Shown here: positions 46,832 through 54,017 of the stretch, one piece after another
Numbering within the stretch: the stretch's first letter is position 1
Layout: each line of letters begins with the position of its first letter
IMG/VR virus record: IMGVR_UViG_3300034072_001152
Location: 1 to 56,520 of that record
Strand: one strand, 5' to 3'
Length of the DNA stretch: 56,520 nt
Source of the DNA: a virus
Taxonomy: Duplodnaviria > Caudoviricetes
Translations under genes and position numbers: made by a program
Notes under the pieces: model-generated
The model's input: the letters and a program-made list of their open reading frames with translations, nothing else
Told to the model about the DNA's origin: nothing
Database searches by the model: none

Positions 46832-47857
46832 ATGCACATGAATATCTTCGATGATGACGCCTTCAGCCTTCAGTCGATGACGGCTGCGGTCGAGAAGATG
46901 CCGACCGTTCCGAGCTTCCTCGGCTCGCTGGGCATCTTCGGCAACGGCGAAGGTGTTGCCACCGACACCGTGACGATCGAGCGCAAGGATCACATCCTGA
47001 CCCCGATCAAGACCTCGCAGCGCGGCACCGAACCGCCGATGGGCACCACCGAGAAGGCAAAGCTGCGCAGCTTCGTCATCCCGCGTGTCGCCAAGTCGGA
47101 TCAGGTCTTCGCCCGCGAGATCGCCAACATCCGCGCGTTCGGCACCGAGTCTGAGCTTCAGACCGCCGCCCAGATCATCGCCCAGAAGCAGGCGAAGCTG
47201 CTGATGGAGCATGAGACGACCATGGAGATGCACCGTCTCGGTGCGATCCGCGGTATCCTGCTCGATACCGATGGCTCGACGCTCTACAACTACTTCACCG
47301 AGTTCGGCATCTCGCAGCCGGCCGCCATCGACTTCAACCTTGATGCGACCAACCCGACCGAAGGCGTGCTGCGTTCGCTGATCTCCAACAGCGTCACCCG
47401 CGTTATCGCGCGCGCTTTGGGTGCATCGTTCACCCCCGGCGTCCGCATCATGGCGCTGTGCGGCGACACCTTCTACGACCAGTTCGTCAACCACCCCGAT
47501 GTGCGTGTGACCTACAAGAACTGGGAAGCCGCCGCCGCCCTGCGCGAGAACACCGCGTTCGAAACCTTCCGCTTCGCCGGGATCGAATGGGTGAACTACA
47601 AGGGCACCGACGACAACAGCACTGTGGCGGTCCAGACCGGCGAAGTGCAGTTCATCGTGCTCGGCGTGCCCGGCCTCTACCGCCGTATCAACGGCCCGGG
47701 CGAGACGTTCGACACCGTGAACACCATCGGTCGTCCGATCTATTCGTGGCTGGTGCGCGACGAGAAGCGCAATATGTGGGTGCAGCCGGAGATCTACTCC
47801 TACCCGCTCCACATGGTCACGCGCCCCGAGGTGCTGCTGCGCGGCACCAACACCTGA
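46832..47857 (+). CDS. Major capsid protein (gpE family)
   Basis: FSLQSMTAAV..P..LG.LG.F, EMHRLGAIRG.LLD.DG, SYPL..TRPEVL. Confidence 0.92.
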   Translation: MHMNIFDDDAFSLQSMTAAVEKMPTVPSFLGSLGIFGNGEGVATDTVTIERKDHILTPIKTSQRGTEPPMGTTEKAKLRSFVIPRVAKSDQVFAREIANIRAFGTESELQTAAQIIAQKQAKLLMEHETTMEMHRLGAIRGILLDTDGSTLYNYFTEFGISQPAAIDFNLDATNPTEGVLRSLISNSVTRVIARALGASFTPGVRIMALCGDTFYDQFVNHPDVRVTYKNWEAAAALRENTAFETFRFAGIEWVNYKGTDDNSTVAVQTGEVQFIVLGVPGLYRRINGPGETFDTVNTIGRPIYSWLVRDEKRNMWVQPEIYSYPLHMVTRPEVLLRGTNT

Positions 47858-47863
47858 TGAGTT

Positions 47864-47900
47864 AGGCCCGGTCGGCTTTGTGTCGGCCGGGCCTTTCTCT
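47864..47900 (+). terminator. Intrinsic terminator after the capsid gene
   Basis: AGGCCCGGTCGGC-tttgt-GTCGGCCGGGCCT followed by a pyrimidine tract. Confidence 0.65.
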
Positions 47901-47919
47901 GTTCGAAAGGACTGTCCCC

Positions 47920-48246
47920 ATGAAGTTCCAGGCACTTTCCACGTTCGTCATCTTCAACGGCCAGATGAACGTGTTCAATACCGGCGACGAGGGCGAACTG
48001 CCCGCCGAGCTGGTTCAGCCCTACATTGACGGTGGCAAGGCCGTCGCAATTGCCGAAGTCGCCGATGACAGCGAACTCGCCGACGATGCCGCAGCGCTCG
48101 CCGAGATGACGGGCGCGCCGGTCGGCGATGGTCAGGATGATCCTGCCGCCGACGAGCCCGATGCGCCCGACGAGCCGGCTGACGATGCGCCGCCCGCCGA
48201 GCCCGAGGCACCGCCGCCCGCGGCCCCGGCCAAGAAGGGCAAGTGA
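47920..48246 (+). CDS. Small acidic head-associated protein
   Basis: 108 aa directly after the capsid gene; D/E/P/A-rich tail. Confidence 0.6.
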   Translation: MKFQALSTFVIFNGQMNVFNTGDEGELPAELVQPYIDGGKAVAIAEVADDSELADDAAALAEMTGAPVGDGQDDPAADEPDAPDEPADDAPPAEPEAPPPAAPAKKGK

Positions 48247-48297
48247 GCAGCAGGGGCGCGGGGAGCAATCCTCGCGCCCCTCTGACAAGGAAACCCG

Positions 48298-48627
48298 ATG
48301 ACCGAGCTTGAAGCCCTCTCGCCCGAACTCTTCGCCAAGTGCGACGACACGCTCGGCGAGACGATCACCTATGTCACCGCCACTGGTGCGATCCTGAGCA
48401 TCAATGCCATGGTCAACTATGCTGATGGTGCGCGCGATATTGGTGCGGGCCAGATGGTCGATCAGGAGATGATGGTCGAGATCCGCAAGTCCCTGCTCCC
48501 CGCCGCGCCTGGCAGCACGGTGCGGATGCAACTGCCAAAGCGCCCGGGCCTGACCTATCGCCCCGGCACCGTGAAGACCGACGAAACCGGCCATTACTGG
48601 CTGATCGTGCCGAAGCTGGTCGTCTGA
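48298..48627 (+). CDS. Head-tail adaptor/closure protein
   Basis: 109 aa; LGETITY motif; position in the operon. Confidence 0.65.
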   Translation: MTELEALSPELFAKCDDTLGETITYVTATGAILSINAMVNYADGARDIGAGQMVDQEMMVEIRKSLLPAAPGSTVRMQLPKRPGLTYRPGTVKTDETGHYWLIVPKLVV

Positions 48628-48628
48628 C

Positions 48629-49054
48629 ATGAGCGCCCGTCTTGAGGTCCGCGCCTTGCTCGCGGCCAAGATCACATCGCTGGGCTACACCGCGCTGGAA
48701 TATCGCGACGAGGATGATGCAGCTCTGCCCGGTGACATACCGTTCGTGCTGATCCAGCAAGCCGGGTCCGTTGAGATCACGCGCGCCGAATACATGGCGG
48801 GTGGCACCGAGACGCATGAGGCGTCGTTCTTCTTCAGCTTCGCTGCCGAAAGTCGCGACGATGCCGAGGCGATGATGGTCGCCGCCGTCGCCGCTTTCGC
48901 TGCCGACCCGACGCTGGGCGGCCAGATCCAAGACATTCGCCCTGTCGGCTACGGCGACGAGGAAACCGAGGCGCGTGATTACGCCGCCATCGTGCTCGAG
49001 AACCGTGTGCAGTTCTGCACCGCACCGGGCGACTGGTCCGCTCTGCTCTACTGA
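48629..49054 (+). CDS. Tail terminator-like protein
   Basis: ADPTLGG motif; precedes the tail tube gene. Confidence 0.7.
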   Translation: MSARLEVRALLAAKITSLGYTALEYRDEDDAALPGDIPFVLIQQAGSVEITRAEYMAGGTETHEASFFFSFAAESRDDAEAMMVAAVAAFAADPTLGGQIQDIRPVGYGDEETEARDYAAIVLENRVQFCTAPGDWSALLY

Positions 49055-49078
49055 ACCCCAAACACGAAAGGACTGCCC

Positions 49079-49228
49079 ATGGCCCGCGTCGAGAAGAACG
49101 CGGCGGGTGAAGACGTGCGCGTCGACACCCCCGAATACGGCTGCATCGTCATCGAAGAGACGAAGCCCGCCCCTGCGAAAAACAAGGCCGCCGAGAAGGC
49201 TGAGCCCGATGAAGAAGGAGCCAACTGA
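49079..49228 (+). CDS. Small hypothetical protein (49 aa)
   Basis: GAAAGGA RBS; TGATG overlap with the tail tube gene. Confidence 0.55.
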   Translation: MARVEKNAAGEDVRVDTPEYGCIVIEETKPAPAKNKAAEKAEPDEEGAN

Positions 49229-50439
49229 TGTCGGATTTTCTGACCACCAAAACCAGTGTCGCCATCGCGGTGCAGGCCGATTCCGTCACCCGCGCAACGA
49301 TCTCGACCCCGGGCGACTTGCTGCCGGTGGCAAACGTCGCCAATGCCGGTGAGGTATTCACCACGGCCAACCCTGAATACACAGGCACGATCCATGCAGT
49401 CGGCGACGGTGTATTCGGCCGCGCGCCTGGCCTTACGTTCGACATGATGATGCGCGGGCCGGGCGGCTCGGCCCCGCCCTCGGCTGGTGTCTATGGCATG
49501 GGGCGGCTGCTGCGCGCTGCCGGCTTCGACGAGATCGTGTTCGCGGGCAAGGTTTCGGCAGCCTTGGCTGTGGGCGGCGTCAATACCGGTGCGACAACTA
49601 CTGTCGTGCTGGACGCCACCGCATCCGCTGTCGACGGCTTTTATGTCGGCATGGTTATCCAGTTCGCTGGCGTCAACGGCGGTTCCGGCTTCAAGTCGTG
49701 TTCGACTATCGTGGCCTATAACGGCACCACCAAGACCGCCACACTCGGCGAGAAGCTGGCTTTGGTGCCCACCGGCAACTTTACCATCCCGCCGCAGCTC
49801 GTCTATCGCCTCAACGGTCTGGCGAACCCGCTGTGGCTGACGTTCGACCGCTGGCATGATCGCAAGCGCTACCAGTCGCAGAACGGCATCCTGTCCACGC
49901 TGTCGATGAACTTCCCGACCGCCAACCGCGGCGATGTCAGCTTCCCCACGATGTCGGCAGGCATCGTCGGCGATGACGCCACGGTTCGCGAGGTCGATGA
50001 AAGCGCGCCACTCACTCCCGCTGCCGGGGCCATTCCTCCGGTGCGCGACGGCAAGCTGGCACTCAACGGGGTCTATGTGCCCGGTTCCAGCCTGAGCTAC
50101 GATCACGGCATCCAGGTCGCCTTCCCGCCGAACCCGAACAAGGCCGGTGGCAACGACCCGGGGCAGATCGTGCGGACGCAGCGCAGCGTCTCGATGAACC
50201 TTCAGACCGTGACGCTGACCACGCAGGATCGCACCGCGCTTGCTGCGGCGCAGGGCTATGTGCCGATCATGCTGCACTACGGCAATGTCGCCGGCCGGTC
50301 GGTGTCGTTCTGTGTCCCGCAGGCTCGCCTGAACTTCAGCAACCCCGATCTGGGCGGCGAGTTCGTCACCGAGCAGGTGGACGCCTTCATCGACGGCTCG
50401 ACCGGCGCGGTGGCGATCAGCTTCCCGTTCTACACCTGA
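49228..50439 (+). CDS. Major tail tube protein
   Basis: 403 aa; GRLLRAAGF motif, beta-rich, before the chaperone gene. Confidence 0.8.
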   Translation: MSDFLTTKTSVAIAVQADSVTRATISTPGDLLPVANVANAGEVFTTANPEYTGTIHAVGDGVFGRAPGLTFDMMMRGPGGSAPPSAGVYGMGRLLRAAGFDEIVFAGKVSAALAVGGVNTGATTTVVLDATASAVDGFYVGMVIQFAGVNGGSGFKSCSTIVAYNGTTKTATLGEKLALVPTGNFTIPPQLVYRLNGLANPLWLTFDRWHDRKRYQSQNGILSTLSMNFPTANRGDVSFPTMSAGIVGDDATVREVDESAPLTPAAGAIPPVRDGKLALNGVYVPGSSLSYDHGIQVAFPPNPNKAGGNDPGQIVRTQRSVSMNLQTVTLTTQDRTALAAAQGYVPIMLHYGNVAGRSVSFCVPQARLNFSNPDLGGEFVTEQVDAFIDGSTGAVAISFPFYT

Positions 50440-50465
50440 CCCTCTGACCCAAAGGACCATCCCCC

Positions 50466-51326
50466 ATGTCCATCCCCGTAACCGCGTCCACCGAGACGTT
50501 CACGCCGGCGTGCATGGCGGAAATTGAAGGCGCTCCGACCTTCACGTTCCGTCATGCCACCGTGCTCGACAAACATCGCTATCCCAACCTCGTTATTGAG
50601 GCGGGCCTGCGCCACCACCCCAAGGAAGCTGTTCGCGAGGCGATCATTGAACAGCTCCGCGCCGAGTTCGATTCCGAGGGCCTAGAGCAGAACATCACCA
50701 AGCTCACCGCCTACTGGGCGGCTGTCGACGAGTATCAGTCGGCGATGCAGAAGCATGAGGCGATCGTAGCCGAGATCGTCAGCGCGCATGAAGGCGACGA
50801 CGAGCCTGAGCTTCCGCCGAAGCCCAAACTGGACTTCCCCGAAGCCGATGCGGCCGCGCTTGATGCCATGGTCGATCAGGTCTGCGAAGAAAGCGCCGCC
50901 GTGCGCAAGATGCTGGCCCAGAACCACTGGCATTCGGTGATGATGCCCCGCCTGCTGATGCGGATGTTCCTGACCGCCACCAGCCTGCCGGTGAAGCTGA
51001 AGAAGGCCGGGCCCGTGCTCACCGAGGAATCGGTTGAAGCCGTCTATGAGGCGCTGGGTGCTTTTGCAGCCGAGCACGGTGTGCCCGTCGATGTGGCTGT
51101 TGCCGAGGTCGAGGTGCAGGCTTTCATGGCCTTCCGCATCACCGGGGATGAGGAAAAAAACTCATCGTCGCCGCGCTCCGGGTCTTCTGCCCCGAAGTCG
51201 TCGGCGAGCAAGCAATCTTCTGGCCGCCAAACGACCCCAGCCCGGTCTGCATCGAGCGCCCCTGCGACCTCGGAAGCGGAGAATGGCTCGAGCTCGTCAG
51301 CATCCGACAGTCCTGTGTCAGCATGA
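50466..51326 (+). CDS. Tail assembly chaperone (gpG-like)
   Basis: Follows the tail tube gene; contains EEKN slippery site. Confidence 0.75.
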   Translation: MSIPVTASTETFTPACMAEIEGAPTFTFRHATVLDKHRYPNLVIEAGLRHHPKEAVREAIIEQLRAEFDSEGLEQNITKLTAYWAAVDEYQSAMQKHEAIVAEIVSAHEGDDEPELPPKPKLDFPEADAAALDAMVDQVCEESAAVRKMLAQNHWHSVMMPRLLMRMFLTATSLPVKLKKAGPVLTEESVEAVYEALGAFAAEHGVPVDVAVAEVEVQAFMAFRITGDEEKNSSSPRSGSSAPKSSASKQSSGRQTTPARSASSAPATSEAENGSSSSASDSPVSA

Positions 51327-51445
51327 TGGGCACGATCTGGCCTGACGGGAAGCCGCTGCTGGAACAGCCCTACAAGCTGAAGCAGGCATTCGCGATCATC
51401 AGCCAGGTCGAACACAAGGCGAGGAAGCAGCCCGGTGCCGCTTGA
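51155..51445 (+). CDS. -1 frameshift extension (gpGT-like)
   Basis: A AAA AAC heptamer at 51155..51161; the -1 frame is open to TGA 51445 and encodes WPDGKPLLEQPYKLKQAFAII. Confidence 0.75.
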   Translation, partial: KKLIVAALRVFCPEVVGEQAIFWPPNDPSPVCIERPCDLGSGEWLELVSIRQSCVSMMGTIWPDGKPLLEQPYKLKQAFAIISQVEHKARKQPGAA

Positions 51446-52142
51446 TTATCGGATCGAGATTCCACCGGGCGGCTTCGTCACGCTGGGCGGCGAGTTGAAG
51501 AAGCTCGCCGACCGGCTCATTCTTGATGTCAGCGACCGGGCCGCGACCAAGCTGAAATCGCAGGTCCGGCAAGATATGGCTGGTGCCGGTCTGGGCCGGC
51601 TCGGTCAGGCGATCACCAGCACATCGGATAAGGCGCGCGGCGGCACGATCTATCGCCGCGGCGGTGTCAGCCGGGCATCGGGCATCGTCTATATCCGCAC
51701 CAAGGCGCCGCGCACTGTCGGTGCGATCATCTCCTACACCGAGGGCGCGGAAATTACCCCGAAGAAGGGGCGCTGGCTCTACTTCCCGACTGATCAAGCG
51801 CAGCGTCTGGTCGGCAAGGGCAAGGGCCGCCGCCGTCTGGTTCCGGCCGATTGGAAGTCGAGCGGCATGGAGGCCAAGCTAGGCCCGCTGTTCCGGATCC
51901 GTGGCAGCAGCGGCAACCCGTTGCTGGTCGTCCGCAATGTCGGCGTCAGCGAGGTCGGTGCGCGCGGTGGCAGGCCGCGATCGCTCACGAAGTCGGGCCG
52001 CCCGCGCAAGGGTGACAGGACTGCCGAACTGGTCGTCGTGTTCGTTGGCATCCCGCGCACCAGTCGCAAGGTCCGCGTCAATGTCCGACAGCGCGCGTTT
52101 CAGGCGGCGCAGCAGGCGACGGCCGAATTGCGAGGGGTCTAG
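51435..52142 (+). CDS. Basic neck/tail completion-like protein
   Basis: 235 aa, very basic; GAEITPKKGRWLYFPT motif. Confidence 0.65.
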   Translation: MPLDYRIEIPPGGFVTLGGELKKLADRLILDVSDRAATKLKSQVRQDMAGAGLGRLGQAITSTSDKARGGTIYRRGGVSRASGIVYIRTKAPRTVGAIISYTEGAEITPKKGRWLYFPTDQAQRLVGKGKGRRRLVPADWKSSGMEAKLGPLFRIRGSSGNPLLVVRNVGVSEVGARGGRPRSLTKSGRPRKGDRTAELVVVFVGIPRTSRKVRVNVRQRAFQAAQQATAELRGV

Positions 52143-52175
52143 GCCGTCAGGGGCCTCTGTGGTATGGCGGCGGCC

Positions 52176-52415
52176 ATGAAAAGGGTCATTCTTGTCGCCG
52201 CCATATTGCTCGCTGGTTGCGGGCAGAGTGCAGGTGAAAAAGCTGAGGCTGAGTATCGCATCGCTCGCGAGAGCGGGGTGACAAGCGATCAAGCCTGCGA
52301 ATTCGAGACGCGGATCAGAGACGCATACCTGTCTGATGAGAACCGCGAAAAATACCAGCGTTGGCGGATAGCTGCGGCCACGAGCTGCAATGAGGCGGCG
52401 CTTGAACGGCTTTAG
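52176..52415 (+). CDS. Small lipoprotein (moron; superinfection exclusion candidate)
   Basis: MKRVILVAAILLAGC lipobox. Confidence 0.7.
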   Translation: MKRVILVAAILLAGCGQSAGEKAEAEYRIARESGVTSDQACEFETRIRDAYLSDENREKYQRWRIAAATSCNEAALERL

Positions 52416-52591
52416 TCGAACGCCTTGCTGACTATCCTGCGGATTGCCTCAGGTCGATTTGGACTGTCGGGTTGAGCGCCCCGCCAAGCATCAATGCTGG
52501 CAAGTAAGGCGCTGTCGACGCGCACGGTGATCGGGGTATTAACCCCAGTTGCAGGCCGACCACGCTTTTTTGTGACACCAGTAATTGACAT
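52412..52591 (-). CDS. Ribbon-helix-helix (CopG/Arc-like) regulator, 59 aa, absent from the ORF track
   Basis: MSITGVTKKRGRPATGVNTPITVRVDSALLASIDAWRGAQPDSPNRPEAIRRIVSKAFD. Confidence 0.8.
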   Translation of the reverse strand: MSITGVTKKRGRPATGVNTPITVRVDSALLASIDAWRGAQPDSPNRPEAIRRIVSKAFD

Positions 52592-52613
52592 GATGAAATT
52601 GTGATGCCATAAA
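52570..52613 (+). promoter_or_regulatory. Sigma70 promoter with direct-repeat operator
   Basis: TTGACA (52585)-17-CATAAA (52608); repeats TTGTGACACCA (52570) and TTGTGATGCCA (52599). Confidence 0.75.
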
Positions 52614-52617
52614 AGGC

Positions 52618-52686
52618 GGGCCGGATCAAGAGGTGGTGCTCTTGTCCGGCCCTAACCAATCCGATCAACAGGAGATCGTTATGGCT
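52618..52686 (+). promoter_or_regulatory. Two-hairpin 5' leader, copy 5
   Basis: GGGCCGGA-t-CAAGAG-gtggtg-CTCTTG-TCCGGCCC TAACC aatc CGATC-aacagga-GATCG tt ATGGCT. Confidence 0.75.
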
Positions 52687-52734
52687 GACGTGACCAATAC
52701 CGCGCTTTGCGCGCTCCGCAAGGGAGGCGCATGA
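52681..52734 (+). CDS. Leader peptide (17 aa) coupled to the RAMP gene
   Basis: MADVTNTALCALRKGGA; its stop overlaps the ATG at 52731 (ATGA). Confidence 0.5.
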   Translation: MADVTNTALCALRKGGA

Positions 52735-53309
52735 TGGCGGCCTCCAAGACCATTGAGCTTCCCGCTCTGAAGATTCAGACGCTTTCGCTCATGCTGGTGG
52801 GCGATAGCCCGCTGATCGTCCACGCTTGGTCCGAGAAGGCCAAGCGCCAGATGCTCGACAAGCAGATGAAGAAGGCGACCAAGGCCAAGGAGGCGAAAGA
52901 CCCTGAGGCCGATTACGAGGCTTGCTTCTATCGCACGGAAACGGGGGGCTACGGCTTCCCGGCCATTGGGGTGAAGGCGGCGATGGTGTCGGCCTGCCGG
53001 TTCGTGGACATGAAAATGACCGAGGCTCGCGGGGCCTTTCACATCGACTGCGAGATGTTGTCGGTAATCGGCGACCCTCGCCCTCGCGAGGACATGGTGC
53101 GGGTCGGTATGGGCACCGCTGACATTCGCTATCGTCCGGAGTTCCCGCAGTGGAAAATTCCGGTCGACATCAAGTTCAACGCTGGCGTCATCAGTGCCGA
53201 GCAGATCGCAAACCTGCTTAACACGGCGGGCTTCGCCATCGGCATTGGCGAGTGGCGACCGGAGCGCAACGGTTCCTATGGCCGCTTTCATGTCGGGGGT
53301 GGCGAGTGA
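52731..53309 (+). CDS. Stand-alone Cas7/RAMP-like RNA-binding protein
   Basis: First strand LVGDSPLIVH, FPAIGVKAAMVSAC helix, RYRPEF..W..V.I.F, C-terminal Gly-rich loop AGFAIGIGEWRPERNGSYGRFHV; no other cas genes. Confidence 0.75.
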   Translation: MMAASKTIELPALKIQTLSLMLVGDSPLIVHAWSEKAKRQMLDKQMKKATKAKEAKDPEADYEACFYRTETGGYGFPAIGVKAAMVSACRFVDMKMTEARGAFHIDCEMLSVIGDPRPREDMVRVGMGTADIRYRPEFPQWKIPVDIKFNAGVISAEQIANLLNTAGFAIGIGEWRPERNGSYGRFHVGGGE

Positions 53310-53776
53310 TGATCTACAAGTGGAAAGAAGGCGCGCGGGTCAGCATTGACCCGCAAGCCGCTGGCGAAGAAATCGAGCGGGTCCGAGTTGCTCAGAATGG
53401 ACGGCTGCTCGCCCCTGATCTTGTCGAGAGTGCTCGCGACCCGTCATCGCCTCTGCATCCGGCTTTCGAGTGGGATGACGCAACGGCTGCCGAAAACTGG
53501 CGGGTCGAGCAGGCAAGCTACTTGATCCGGTCGATTGAGGTCATCGTCGAGCGGCAGGAAGAAGAAAGGCCGATCCGGGCGTTCGTCTCGGTGAAGCGCG
53601 ATGAGGACCGCTCCTATACGAGCGTTTCGCACGCGATGGCTGACCCCGATCTTCGTCAACAGGTGCTCGCTGGGGCGCTGAAGGAATTGGAAGCGTGGCG
53701 GGTTCGCTACGCAGAGCTTGTCGAACTGGCGAAGGTTTTCGCCGCGATCGACGAGGCTCGGGCCGCCAATGAATAG
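53309..53776 (+). CDS. Partner protein of the RAMP/pentamer-array cassette
   Basis: 155 aa, TGATG overlap; VESARDPSSPLHPAFEWDD..AA..WR..QA..LIRSI motif. Confidence 0.8.
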   Translation: MIYKWKEGARVSIDPQAAGEEIERVRVAQNGRLLAPDLVESARDPSSPLHPAFEWDDATAAENWRVEQASYLIRSIEVIVERQEEERPIRAFVSVKRDEDRSYTSVSHAMADPDLRQQVLAGALKELEAWRVRYAELVELAKVFAAIDEARAANE

Positions 53777-53785
53777 GGCTCGAAA

Positions 53786-53945
53786 CATGGCAGGCGTGGC
53801 AGGGCTAGGCTCGGCAGGGCTCGGCCGGGCGTGGCGCGGCTGGGTGAGGCATGGCAGGCGAGGTTAGGCTCGGCGCGTCCTAGTAGGGCAAGGCATGGCG
53901 GGGCAAGGCATGGCGAGTTGAGGCTCGGCAGGCTTGCCTAGGCAG
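53786..53945 (+). ncRNA. GGY-NN pentamer array, two guide-like units
   Basis: 12 pentamers (53793..53852) and 14 pentamers (53857..53926) delimited by GGCA tetramers at 53789, 53853 and 53927; 23 of 26 begin with GGY. Confidence 0.8.
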
Positions 53946-53964
53946 TCAGCCACTAAGCAACCCG

Positions 53965-53997
53965 GAGGGGGTCACGAAAGTGGCCCCCTCTTTATTT
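53965..53997 (+). terminator. Intrinsic terminator closing the cassette
   Basis: GAGGGGGTCAC-gaaa-GTGGCCCCCTC-TTTATTT. Confidence 0.85.
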
Positions 53998-54017
53998 GGA
54001 GAAACGGAAAGAAGAGA

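Noticed and set aside
52107-52142. Alternative target of array unit 1 at the end of gene 51435..52142 (QATAEL)
   Set aside because: Only 10/24 nt match under the same code, far below the TMP site.
52430-52570. Apparent multi-stem ncRNA upstream of the cassette promoter
   Set aside because: Better explained by the 59-aa RHH gene on the minus strand.
53786-53945. Array as a CRISPR array, microsatellite or Gly/Ala-rich coding tail
   Set aside because: No 25-45 nt repeats with spacers, period 5 is not codon-compatible, the variable positions are not homogenised, and they decode to specific sites.
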